Positions 1 to 9,843 of a stretch of DNA of 64,000 nucleotides are shown one piece after another. The notes below the pieces were generated by a model. The model was not told the DNA's origin and did not search any database. It saw nothing but the letters and a program-made list of their open reading frames with translations. Made by a program: the position numbers and the translations under genes. Numbering within the stretch: position 1 is the first letter of the stretch; every line of letters starts with the position of its first letter. The DNA comes from Bacteroidota bacterium (GTDB lineage Bacteria; Bacteroidota; Bacteroidia; Chitinophagales; Chitinophagaceae): assembly GCA_030706605.1 (NCBI GenBank), contig JAUZOE010000007.1:8729-72728 (forward strand), given 5' to 3'.

Positions 1-233
1 ATTTTTTTAAAATTTGAAATACAAATAAAGTATTTGAAAAGGATATTATATAAATACCATCTGTTAAATAAAATGCAGTTTTAAAAAAATTACAATTGTA
101 TGATTAAGCGCTCCTCAAAAGGTAAAAAACTGATGCCTTTAAATTATTAAAGAAAGATAATTCCGGTTTCTGTTATTCAATGAGGCAATTACATTTATAC
201 GTAATTTGTTCTTCTATATAGCCATTCTTATAT

Positions 234-917
234 TCAGCATCTCTTCAAAACAGTAATTCCTTTTTCCCCTGCAATAATGGCTTTATATGCCATCTCATAA
301 AACAGGGAAGTCTCCACAATTCCGGGAATACTTTTAAATAAAGGGTTTATCCCTGGCAATTCCGGCCAGGTCTTAAAATAAACATCCAGCAAATAATTTC
401 CATTCCCGGTTATCACCGGGCCATCTCTTTTATCATTCATCCGCATTATCATTTTTATTCCCCGGAACAGTTGCCCAATTTTATGAGGAATAAATGTAAC
501 CGCCTGTGGAAGGATTTCGAGTACAAGAGGATATTTTAAATCAAACTTATCTACCAGTTTTGTTTCATCTCCTACCAATATAAATTGCTTCGCCATGGAA
601 GCCAGCAACTTTTCCATCATATGAATACCGCCACCGCTTTTCAGGGCGTTCAGGTTCTGATCAAACTGGTCGCAGCCATCAAAATAAATATCAATTTTTT
701 TGAAAGATGCGATGGGCATCACAGGTATTTTATACTCTTGAAGCAACATCATAGTAGAATAAGAAGAAGTTACCAGCCTAATAGAGAGACCGTTTTCCAT
801 TCTCTCTTTCAGAAACTCGGCCAGGCTGGCCATGGTGGAGCCGGCCCCCAAACCAACGACATAATTATTCTTTACTAAAGTGCTGGCTTTCCTCGCTGCT
901 TCCTGCTTAAAATTCAT
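234..917 (-). CDS. rpiA: ribose-5-phosphate isomerase A
   Basis: 227 aa with RpiA motifs VVGLGAGST, DIYFDGCDQ (DGADE variant), KSGGG..EK and the C-terminal PGIVETSLF. Confidence 0.9.
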   Translation of the reverse strand: MNFKQEAARKASTLVKNNYVVGLGAGSTMASLAEFLKERMENGLSIRLVTSSYSTMMLLQEYKIPVMPIASFKKIDIYFDGCDQFDQNLNALKSGGGIHMMEKLLASMAKQFILVGDETKLVDKFDLKYPLVLEILPQAVTFIPHKIGQLFRGIKMIMRMNDKRDGPVITGNGNYLLDVYFKTWPELPGINPLFKSIPGIVETSLFYEMAYKAIIAGEKGITVLKRC

Positions 918-938
918 AATTACCTTTAAATTACCTGG

Positions 939-2006
939 TTAAGAAAAGGAGAAATCTATGGTTCTTTTCTCCCGCTGGCTTTGCATCGCTAATTCTATAA
1001 TACGAACATTGTTTCTTGCCTGTAAAGGAGTAACGATAAGGGGTTCCTTGCCGATAATTGTGTTGTACAGATTGCGATAATACCCCGCATAATCTCCTTT
1101 CTCACTTTCAATCTTTCCTACAAAATGCTGTCCGTTTAGTTTTGTATTGATAGTTCCCCACATATCGGGAGGCTCCACACCCCAGTTATTTTTTGTAAGC
1201 GGGGTATAGCCGGCTTTGAGCGCTTCTTCCTGTACATCTAAACCATACTTCACAAAGGAGCCATTGCTGCCCGATAGTATGAAACGGGGTAATGGTTCCC
1301 TGACCAACATACCTGCTTTCAGTGAAACTTTTATCCCAGGGTAATGCAATATCAGTTCAAAATTATCTACCGCTTTGCCACCTTCTCTTTGTATGCGTAA
1401 GTCGGCAGTAACAGCATCGGGTAGCCCAAATAAAACCTGTGCCTGGTCAATAAGGTGTGCCCCCAGGTCATATAAGATGCCGGTACCGGGTGCATCTTCT
1501 TCGCGCCACGCACCGGGTTTCAGATAGTTTCTGAAGCGATCGTAACGGCTTTCCATCTCAACAACATCACCCAGCAATCCGTTTTTAATGATTTTTTGAA
1601 CAGTATAAAAATCACTGTCAAACCTCCGGCTTTGAAATACAGACAATACCAGCTTGCGGCTTGCTGCTTCTGCTATTAATTCGTCTGCATTTTTGGTATT
1701 AATGGTAAAAGGTTTATCCACCACTACATTTTTGCCAGCCTGCAAAGCCTGTATGGCCAGTGAGTGATGCGAGGTATTAGGCGTAGTGATGATCACCAGG
1801 TCGATATTAGCATCATTAATTATATCTTCCGATGTAGGTACTATTTCCGCTTTCGGGTACTTTACCTTAGCTATAGCCACCTGCGCTGGTTGGGCTGCTC
1901 TTATTTTTACTAATTCTAATCCTTCTACGGTAGTTAATTGAGGCGCATGAAATGTCTGTCCCCCAGCACCAAATCCAATCAACCCTACTTTGATAATTTT
2001 ATCCAT
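939..2006 (-). CDS. Gfo/Idh/MocA family NAD(P)-dependent oxidoreductase (YdgJ/IolW-like)
   Basis: GLIGFGAGG Rossmann motif, NVVVDKPF motif, FQSRRFDSDF, G.LYDLGAHLIDQ. Confidence 0.9.
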   Translation of the reverse strand: MDKIIKVGLIGFGAGGQTFHAPQLTTVEGLELVKIRAAQPAQVAIAKVKYPKAEIVPTSEDIINDANIDLVIITTPNTSHHSLAIQALQAGKNVVVDKPFTINTKNADELIAEAASRKLVLSVFQSRRFDSDFYTVQKIIKNGLLGDVVEMESRYDRFRNYLKPGAWREEDAPGTGILYDLGAHLIDQAQVLFGLPDAVTADLRIQREGGKAVDNFELILHYPGIKVSLKAGMLVREPLPRFILSGSNGSFVKYGLDVQEEALKAGYTPLTKNNWGVEPPDMWGTINTKLNGQHFVGKIESEKGDYAGYYRNLYNTIIGKEPLIVTPLQARNNVRIIELAMQSQREKRTIDFSFS

Positions 2007-2148
2007 TCATTTATTTTATAGTTAACAATTCCTATATCAACAGTATTTCCACAAATACATTGGCATCGCCGTATAATGAGATACCATGGTTTTTGAATAT
2101 TTTAGTTACAACTATGTGTTCAAAACCAGGGAAGAAACTGTTTTTCTG

Positions 2149-2562
2149 TCATTTGCCATAAACACTTTTTATTGCTGCACTGGCAATTCTTTCATCTTCA
2201 TCCTCAGCAAGGCCGCTTACACCAATGCTGCCAATTACAACTGAATCATGAATAACCGGAACGCCGCCACCAAAACCTGTAATACCTTTATCGCCCCAAA
2301 AAGCAGGCGGACAGTTATGGTCATTCATAAAAGCTCCCATTTCACGGGTTGTCTTTTTATCACGGGCAGCCGTATACGCTTTATTTTGCGCAATCGTTGA
2401 CGCGGCACCACTTGCCTTATCCATCCTGAGAAAAGAAATAAGTTCACCTTCAGGGCCACAAACAGCAATGGCTACGTGCTTATTTATTTTTTTAGATTCA
2501 AGGATGACCGCTTCTATCATCTGAAACGCTTCGTCATAACTGATTTTATTCATTTGATACAT
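2149..2562 (-). CDS. GlcG/HbpS family heme-binding protein
   Basis: 137 aa with AIAVC..G.LI.F.RMD.A, AQNKAYTAA and GGGVPV....VIGSIGVSG motifs. Confidence 0.85.
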   Translation of the reverse strand: MYQMNKISYDEAFQMIEAVILESKKINKHVAIAVCGPEGELISFLRMDKASGAASTIAQNKAYTAARDKKTTREMGAFMNDHNCPPAFWGDKGITGFGGGVPVIHDSVVIGSIGVSGLAEDEDERIASAAIKSVYGK

Positions 2563-2669
2563 ACTTTACTTTTTAGTAGGTTTTAGTTAATCAATTTTTA
2601 TTCATCACCTTTAGCAATTAACGTTGCTATTATTTTTGGCAGAGTAATACCAGCAATAAATTTTTATAG

Positions 2670-2697
2670 CTGTCGCTGGTCTCCCGACCGTCAACAG
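2670..2697. repeat. imperfect GC-rich palindrome, REP-like, upstream of the RAYT remnant
   Basis: CTGTCGCTGGTC-TCCC-GACCGTCAACAG; 9 of 12 arm positions are complementary; lies 80 nt upstream of the transposase start. Confidence 0.4.
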
Positions 2698-2776
2698 ATC
2701 ATTACTCCATTCCTTGGTTAAACATACAAAAATAATTACTTATCTTAACTATTATTAATTGCAATAATGAAAGTTT

Positions 2777-3225
2777 ATGAGCACAAAATGTACGTTCACA
2801 GATATTGAAGGCGTTTATTTTATTACATCAACTGTTGTTGATTGGATAGATATTTTTACAAAAAAATTTACAAGAATATTCCCTTTGACAGTTTTAGGTT
2901 TTGCCCGAAAAAGCAACGATTACAAATTCATGCGTGAGTACTGATGTCTAACCATTTTCACATGATCTCTTCTTTTATCAATAATAATAACTCAGGTGGG
3001 ATAATAAAAAATATTAAATGCTTTACTGCAATTAAGTTGGTGGATGCCGTCATTAATAATCCGCAGGAAAGCAGGAAAAAATGGATGCCTGATTCGTTTG
3101 AGAAAAATGGATTGAGTAATAAAAGCAATTTTCAGGCTCCAATTTCGGGAACATGAAAATCATCAGGTTCTCCTGGATAGCGAGAGTGTCCACTCCTAAA
3201 AAGATAGGCTGCATATCATGCAAGT
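2777..3225 (+). pseudogene. decayed Y1 (IS200-like) REP-associated tyrosine transposase, RAYT type
   Basis: Manual translation: MSTKCTFTDIEGVYFITSTVVDWIDIFTK / frameshift in the A7 run at 2860-2866 / IYKNIPFDSFRFCPKKQRLQIHA*VLMSNHFHMI...NPQESRKKWM / frameshift near 3133 / LQFREHENHQVLLDS. HUH motif is HFH; TGA at 2935-2937 replaces the expected Trp. Confidence 0.8.
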
Positions 3226-3272
3226 GAAGAGGATGTCTCTCCTCCCGTAAATGTTCTCTACAATTATTATCA

Positions 3273-3854
3273 TCAATTTTCCTTGCTTTCCTGGTCTGGT
3301 GCTATCTCTTTATTTTCAGTGACACCTGATACGGTTGCGGGTTTATAATATTCCTTGTCTTTTATTTTACCAAAGTTTACCAGTAGTAAATAAATCGCTG
3401 CAATGAGGCTGATATAAACAGCAAAAGCCATTATATCAAAAACACCGGGAGCCATGTCATTAATGCTGCTCGACATCTGGTTGTACATGTCGCCGTAACC
3501 TTTTGGAGCATCAGGAATATCCGGTTTCATTTTAAAATAAAGACCAATAATGCCTATGATAAAATATAAAGCCGGAACAATATGTGCTGGTTTATAATAT
3601 TTCTCAAACTTCTTGCTTCCGGTAATATTTTGATTTAAAATAACAACTCCGCTCAGGGGAACAAGAATGGCAAGTACCATATAAAAGCGTCCAACTCCAC
3701 TGATGAAATAAGAAAATATTCCCGGGGAAACGCCTTTGGCGGTAAGAGAAAAACCCGAGAGGGTAGTTGCCGTAAGATCTATCCAGGGGAAAAAATAGAA
3801 AAGAACTAATATGGCTGCTGCAATATTGGTTCATGTAAATTTAATTTTGCTCAT
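3273..3854 (-). pseudogene. hypothetical membrane protein with an in-frame TGA at codon 8
   Basis: The 3273..3680 frame stays open upstream to 3830. ATG at 3854 gives MSKIKFT*TNIAAAILVLFYFFPWIDL..., with TGA at 3831-3833. Several hydrophobic segments. Confidence 0.55.
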
Positions 3855-4215
3855 AATATGTAGGTTTTATGTTTATAGAAAATCTATCTAAACAAGCTTG
3901 AAATAAAACTTAAAGCCAGGGAGGTGATACCAGGAAATATAGCAGCATGCTTTTGCTTCAAAAAATTTGTTTTTCCAGAGGGGAAAATTTTATTGAGAAA
4001 AGCAAATAGAATTATAAATATAGAAATTTTTGAATAATATGACAAAAAAATATGAATTAATAATCTAAAATTTACATGGCAAACCGTTCCCTTCCAGGAA
4101 TTAGGCCAGGGTTCCTTTGGCAAGATGTCTCCTGAGTTACTTAAAGAAAAGGCACCTACCGGCAAATTATCATTACAATTTTTTTCACCGAACTTGCGAC
4201 TAAGAAAGTATTTCA

Positions 4216-5457
4216 ATGAAACAAAAGATTTTATTTTTCATGTGCCTGTTGGCCGCTATGTTTACTGAAGCCCAGGTGAGTCCGCAATTGTATAATAACT
4301 GGCGGGTAGTCCTGGAACAAAAGGACGGTAAGCAGGTACCCTTTCAACTGGAGCGAAAGCAGGAACAGGGCCAACCAGTTTTATATGTTATCAATGCCAC
4401 GGAGCGGATACGAATCACCGATGTGAAAATAGCAGGCGACTCCATGTTTTTTACGATGCCTGCTTTCGAATCTTCTTTCAGGGTAAAACTGCAAACCAAT
4501 GGCAACCTTACCGGCACCTATGTAAAAGGTACTGCAGGCGAAACTCAGTATTGGCAGCTTCATGGATATGCCAATAACAAAGATCGTTTTAGCGCCCGGC
4601 TGGGTGATGCAAAAAATAATATTTCTGGCAGGTGGGATGTCAGCATCACAAGGGCCAATGGCACCATCCGCAAAGCTGTCGGCATTTTTGAACAAACGGG
4701 AAATAAACTTACCGGGAGCTTTTTAACACCTTCTGCAGATAACCGCTACCTTGATGGAATTGTAACAGGAGACTCTCTCAAACTATCGGGTTTTGATGGT
4801 GATAATATTCATTTATTTGAAGCAAAAATTGATAATGATAATACCATTTCGGGCGGTGTTTTTTATAACGGTTTTACGAAAAAAGAAACATGGACGGCAA
4901 TAAAAAATGATGCAGTTGCCTTGCCCGAAGTAGATGATCCAACTCATTTAAAGCCAGGAGCAACTCAACTTAATTTCACCTTCAACGACCTGCAAGGCAA
5001 CCCTGTATCGATACATGATAAAAGGTTTAAAAACAAAGTGGTAGTGATACAAATCATGGGAAGCTGGTGTGCTAACTGTCTTGATGAGACGAAATTTCTT
5101 GCCGACTATTATAAGAAGAACCGTTCAAAAGATGTAGAAATCATAGCCCTGGCTTATGAACTGACAACCGATATCAACAGGTCAAGAAAAAGTGTGGCTA
5201 AATTTCAGCAATTATTTGATGTACAATACCCGATGCTGATCACAGGGGTTGCTTCCGGGGATGATAACAAGACCGAAAAAACATTACCGGAACTTACCCC
5301 CATCAGGTCTTTTCCAACAACTATTTTCATTGATAAAAAAGGAAGTGTCAGGGAAATACACACCAATTTTTACGGGCCGGCCAGCGGCAAATATTATATA
5401 GAATCTAAGAATAAGTTTTACCAGGCAGTTGACCAGTTACTTGATGAAAAGCCATAG
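4216..5457 (+). CDS. TlpA-family thiol:disulfide oxidoreductase with a long N-terminal domain (secreted)
   Basis: Signal peptide; C-terminal thioredoxin fold with GSWCANCLDE (CxxC) and FPTTIFIDKKG. Confidence 0.85.
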   Translation: MKQKILFFMCLLAAMFTEAQVSPQLYNNWRVVLEQKDGKQVPFQLERKQEQGQPVLYVINATERIRITDVKIAGDSMFFTMPAFESSFRVKLQTNGNLTGTYVKGTAGETQYWQLHGYANNKDRFSARLGDAKNNISGRWDVSITRANGTIRKAVGIFEQTGNKLTGSFLTPSADNRYLDGIVTGDSLKLSGFDGDNIHLFEAKIDNDNTISGGVFYNGFTKKETWTAIKNDAVALPEVDDPTHLKPGATQLNFTFNDLQGNPVSIHDKRFKNKVVVIQIMGSWCANCLDETKFLADYYKKNRSKDVEIIALAYELTTDINRSRKSVAKFQQLFDVQYPMLITGVASGDDNKTEKTLPELTPIRSFPTTIFIDKKGSVREIHTNFYGPASGKYYIESKNKFYQAVDQLLDEKP

Positions 5458-5548
5458 ACAGGCTTATGAATGAATATATGTATTATCAATCGTTCCCGGA
5501 TTTATTTTGTCACTTCCTTTTTCCATAAAAAGAAAGTGACAAATCGTT

Positions 5549-6205
5549 CTATGCTTTCGACAGTGCTCTAATATCTTTTACATCCAATACATTTTTAGAA
5601 TAGCCTACAGTTAAGGCGTTGATCATAGCCTGCCCCACTTCATGAAGGCTCAACACTCTTCCGGGAGCAACCCATTTAATGACCTTCACCAGGAATTTAA
5701 AGAGCGGCTTCCAGTTCTTCTGACCAGGGAAAGGCTGCATCACACCAGGCCTGAAATTATATTCACCTTTAAACCCCAGCTTTGCCAGATCGTTTTCCGT
5801 TTTGCCTTTTACCCGTGCCCACATCATCCTGCCTTTTTCACTACTGTCTGTATGGGCGCCGGACACATACGTAAACACCATATTGCTGTTAATTGCAAGC
5901 AACGTCTTTGCAAAGGCAAGCGTAGTATCATACGTTATTCGGGTGTACTTGTCTTCTTTCATACCTACGGAGCTTATACCGGCACAGAAAAAACAGCCAT
6001 CATAGCCCTTTAGGTTATCCACAAACTGGTTTAGCTTAAGGAAATCCGGAACAATCAGCTCTTTTAATTTGGGATGCTGCAAGTTGTAATGCCTGCGGTT
6101 AACGATGAGTACCTCACTTACAGTTGGATTTTGCAAACACTCAAACAAGACCCCCTCCCCCACCATACCCGTAGCACCCGTGATGATTACTTTTGTACCC
6201 GTCAT
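5549..6205 (-). CDS. NAD(P)-binding epimerase/dehydratase (TIP30/YraR-like atypical SDR)
   Basis: IITGATGMVG Rossmann motif, FFCAG, YVSGA, WARVKGKTEN, FRPG. Confidence 0.85.
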   Translation of the reverse strand: MTGTKVIITGATGMVGEGVLFECLQNPTVSEVLIVNRRHYNLQHPKLKELIVPDFLKLNQFVDNLKGYDGCFFCAGISSVGMKEDKYTRITYDTTLAFAKTLLAINSNMVFTYVSGAHTDSSEKGRMMWARVKGKTENDLAKLGFKGEYNFRPGVMQPFPGQKNWKPLFKFLVKVIKWVAPGRVLSLHEVGQAMINALTVGYSKNVLDVKDIRALSKA

Positions 6206-6472
6206 TATTTTTTGTTTTTATACAACGAAGATCGTTAGAAAAATGGGATGTAGCTTTGTTTTTGTCATAGAAATCAACGAGATTGATAGGATAACAGTAA
6301 AAATCAATCATAAAAAACAGAGAATAAATGAGGTTTATCATGGGTAGTGTAATTTTTTCTATGTTTAGTGAACTTTAAATCTTTTGTATAATTGAATTGT
6401 AGCACAAAATTTGCCCGGAGTAATTGTCAATAAATAAAATAGCTTACCTCATAGTCAAAAATTTTAGAACTC

Positions 6473-8116
6473 ATGTCTCATAAAAGAATTTTCCTGGCCC
6501 TTGTAATTTTATTTGGCATTTCATGCCAGAAAAAAAGTTCTTTGGGGCAAAATACCTCAGATGGAACTTCACAGAGTGCATGGGTAGCCACCCAACACAA
6601 TAACAATACAAGATCAGGTTACAATGACCGGGAAACAATATTGACCACGAACAATGTCAATAAACAGCAATTTGGCAAACTCTTTTCCCTGAGTGTTGAC
6701 GACCAGGTATATTCGCAACCCTTAATTGCAGGGGACATTACCCTATCCAATAACAAACATAACGTTGTTTACATTGCCACGGTGAATAATACAGTATACG
6801 CTTATGATGGTGATAATGGCCAGCTATATTGGCAAAAAAATTACACTGCCCAGGGAATGAGGCCACCACGAAATACAGATATGACAGGTGCATGCGGAGG
6901 ATATTACAGTGATTTCAGCGGCAATATTGGTATAGTGGGTACTCCTGTTATAGATTCAGCCACACTAACAATTTATTTTGTTGCAAGAAGTACTGATGGC
7001 ACTAATTATGTCCAGTATTTACATGCGGTAAATATTCTAGATGGAAATGAAATGCCCGGAAGCCCGGTAAAGATAACCGCCACTTATAATGGAAACGGGG
7101 GTGGAAGCGTTAATAATGTGATCACATTTGATTCGCAAAAACAAAATCAACGCCAGGCATTAACGTTATTGAACGGTATCGTTTACATAACTTTTTCATC
7201 GCATTGCGATTGGGGACCTTATCACGGATGGATACTGGGATATAATGCAACTACACTGCAACAACAAATTGTTTACAATGATACACCCAATGGGGATGCC
7301 GGTGGTATTTGGGAAAGTGGCTCTGGCATGGCTGCTGACAACCAGGGGAATCTTTATGTTGTAATAGCTAATGGCTCTGTGGGTTATAACAATGATCCAA
7401 CGAACCTTATCAATCGCGGGGAAAGTGCTTTGAAACTGACTCCCACTTCAACATCCCTGAAGGTTAATAGTTATTTTACTCCTTTCAATTATCAATATCT
7501 TGAAAGTAATGACTTTGATTATGGTTGTATGGGAGCATTCTTAATTCCGAATTCTAATTATTATGTTACGGGTGGCAAGGATGGCTCGTTTTACCTGTTA
7601 AATAAAGACAATATGGGTGGTTTTTTACCTTCAACTAACAATGTGCAGCAGACAATAATGCTTACTCAAATTCCTGCAATGCATTGTCAACCTTCCTACT
7701 ATAAAGGATTGTCAGGTGAATACGTTTTTTTGTGGTCAGAAAATGATCAGCTCCGTGCTTTTCCTTTTATTCGCAATACCAACTTGTTTGATATTTCTCA
7801 CGTAATTACATCGTCAGTAATCGGACCTTCCGGCGAAAGTGGTGCTATATTATCTGTTTCTTCTAATGGAACGAAAGATAGTACCGGCATCCTTTGGGCA
7901 TCTTATCCTTCCAACGGCGATGCTAATCAGTCCGTGAGACCTGGCATTTTACGCGCATTTGATGCTAATGATATTACCAAAGAACTTTGGAATAATAATC
8001 AGGATGCAAATGATAATTCTGGTAATTATGCAAAATTTTCGGCTCCCACTATTGCTAATGGTCATGTTTATTTAGCTACATTTTCAAACCAGGTAATTGT
8101 GTATGGACTTAAATAA
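6473..8116 (+). CDS. PQQ-binding-like beta-propeller lipoprotein of unknown function
   Basis: Lipobox FGISC; TQHNNNTRSG..ET.LT..NV...FGKLF...VDDQVYSQPL family start; TVYAYDG/LYWQ propeller repeats; GGIWESGSG. Confidence 0.7.
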   Translation: MSHKRIFLALVILFGISCQKKSSLGQNTSDGTSQSAWVATQHNNNTRSGYNDRETILTTNNVNKQQFGKLFSLSVDDQVYSQPLIAGDITLSNNKHNVVYIATVNNTVYAYDGDNGQLYWQKNYTAQGMRPPRNTDMTGACGGYYSDFSGNIGIVGTPVIDSATLTIYFVARSTDGTNYVQYLHAVNILDGNEMPGSPVKITATYNGNGGGSVNNVITFDSQKQNQRQALTLLNGIVYITFSSHCDWGPYHGWILGYNATTLQQQIVYNDTPNGDAGGIWESGSGMAADNQGNLYVVIANGSVGYNNDPTNLINRGESALKLTPTSTSLKVNSYFTPFNYQYLESNDFDYGCMGAFLIPNSNYYVTGGKDGSFYLLNKDNMGGFLPSTNNVQQTIMLTQIPAMHCQPSYYKGLSGEYVFLWSENDQLRAFPFIRNTNLFDISHVITSSVIGPSGESGAILSVSSNGTKDSTGILWASYPSNGDANQSVRPGILRAFDANDITKELWNNNQDANDNSGNYAKFSAPTIANGHVYLATFSNQVIVYGLK

Positions 8117-8216
8117 TTTTTCATAGATTGCGTTATAAAAATAATTTATCTTTTCTCAACCTGTAAATTATACCTGGCAGGAATCATTAAACTCTAAATT
8201 TTTAGAAATTCATTGT

Positions 8217-9224
8217 ATGTATAAATTTAAATGCTGTTTTTTGTTTGTTGCTTTAATAGCTACCAACATTTTAAAATCTCAAACGGTAACACCAACCTAT
8301 GCTGAAAAATTAGGTTTTCCCAAAGGATCCAAAGTTTTAATAATACATGTAGATGATGCAGGGATGAGTCACGATTCCAATGAAGGAACTATTGAGGCAA
8401 TTACTAAGGGTGCCGCTACTTCTACAAGCGTTATGATGCCTTGTTCATGGGTACCCGAATTTGTTCATTTTTTAAAACAACATCCTGGTATTGATGCAGG
8501 GTTGCATCTTACCTTAACTTCAGAATGGAAAGATTACAGGTGGGGTCCCATTTCAGGAAAATCGGTAACTCCGAGCCTGGTGGACAAAGAAGGAGACTTA
8601 TGGCGTTCTGTTGCAGAAGTAGTACAGTATGCTTCAGCAGATGATGTCGAAAAAGAAATAAGAGCACAACTTGACAGGGCACGTACCATGGGTTTTGAGC
8701 CAACACATCTGGATTCGCATATGGGAACTTTGTTTGCATCACCCGAATTTCTTAAAAGATATATAAAGGTTGGGATAGAAAATCATATCCCCGTTATGTT
8801 ACCTGGCGGCAATGATGTATTAATCCAGGAAGAAGAACACTTTTCGGATATTGTTATCAAACAATTGCAAAGCTTAGGGAATACCTTATGGAATGCGGGT
8901 TTACCTGTATTGGATGATCTGCATAATTTCAGTTATGGCTGGAAAATACCCGAAAACATTGCCAATGATGATGATAAATTGCGTGATTTTAAAACCGAAA
9001 AATATATTGCTGCCTTAAAATTGCTACAACCCGGCGTTACCATGATGATCATGCATTGTACAGATCCTTCTGAAACTTTTAAATACATATCAGACTCCGG
9101 GCCACTTAGAAAATCTGACCTCCTGGCAATGCTCAATCCTAAATTTAAGCAGGCCCTAAAGGATAACGGCATTATAGTTACAACATGGAGGGAACTGATG
9201 GAAAGAAGAAAGAAGGTTAAATGA
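8217..9224 (+). CDS. ChbG/YdjC-family carbohydrate deacetylase (secreted)
   Basis: IIHVDDAGMSH, DAGLHLTLTSEW, PTHLDSHMG motifs; signal peptide. Confidence 0.85.
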   Translation: MYKFKCCFLFVALIATNILKSQTVTPTYAEKLGFPKGSKVLIIHVDDAGMSHDSNEGTIEAITKGAATSTSVMMPCSWVPEFVHFLKQHPGIDAGLHLTLTSEWKDYRWGPISGKSVTPSLVDKEGDLWRSVAEVVQYASADDVEKEIRAQLDRARTMGFEPTHLDSHMGTLFASPEFLKRYIKVGIENHIPVMLPGGNDVLIQEEEHFSDIVIKQLQSLGNTLWNAGLPVLDDLHNFSYGWKIPENIANDDDKLRDFKTEKYIAALKLLQPGVTMMIMHCTDPSETFKYISDSGPLRKSDLLAMLNPKFKQALKDNGIIVTTWRELMERRKKVK

Positions 9225-9324
9225 AATTTGGAATGAAGGATTAAAAAATTTCAAATAATAAATAATTAACTCAAATCGCTGTCTAAAAAAATATATTAAT
9301 TGATTTAAAATAATCAAAAAACTC

Positions 9325-9734
9325 TTAAAGTTGCCTCTTGTTTATACGGCCTTTAAACTTGCTTACTCCGTTCATCAGCACTTCCACCACAATCCTTCCC
9401 TTAGGCAGGTGATACGGTGAATACATGAATGTCCCATTCTGAACACTTTTATACTCATGTTTTTCCCAAATGGTACCATCAACTGTAATCAGCACTTCCA
9501 TGTCACTCAATTTATTTGAGACTACACTTAGTTCTGTTGTGTCCTTTACCAGCCTTGGATACAACGAAAAAGCATATTTAGCATTAGTGGTATCGGTAAC
9601 AAAATCAGGAGAGGCTGTAAAACTCAGATTTTCTCCATCCCCAAAATCACTTTCAAAAGTGTGAATCAGGTTACCTTTTGAGATTAACAATTAACCGATC
9701 CTAAAATAAACACAAGAAATAATAAGCGTATCAT
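9325..9734 (-). pseudogene. remnant of a larger secreted protein: signal peptide joined out of frame to a C-terminal fragment
   Basis: ATG at 9734 reads MIRLLFLVFILGSVNC*SQK. A different frame continues KGNLIHTFESDFGDGE...FSLYPRLVK...LPKGRIVVEV..KGRINK, which resembles a T9SS sorting-type C-terminus. Confidence 0.5.
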
Positions 9735-9843
9735 AAAAAAATATTAAACTATTATCAAAGTTGAAACTTCTTTTAAACTGTTCACTTCGTAAAATTTACC
9801 TGTCAACCTGACCCGGAAAAATTGTATGGAGCAAAACTTATTA

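Noticed and set aside
3604-3834. 76-aa ORF MNQYCSSH...
   Set aside because: Off-frame overlay of the interrupted membrane-protein gene; the other frame gives a coherent hydrophobic protein
3884-4216. 110-aa minus-strand ORF, and a possible riboswitch in the GC-richer patch at 4080-4170
   Set aside because: No recognisable protein motif, and no match to SAM, TPP, FMN, cobalamin or lysine riboswitch cores that I could see
9785-9812. Third GTCAGGTT on the minus strand (9805-9812) as another ECF promoter
   Set aside because: No CGACT at the 13-nt spacing (TACGAAG found instead); probably chance
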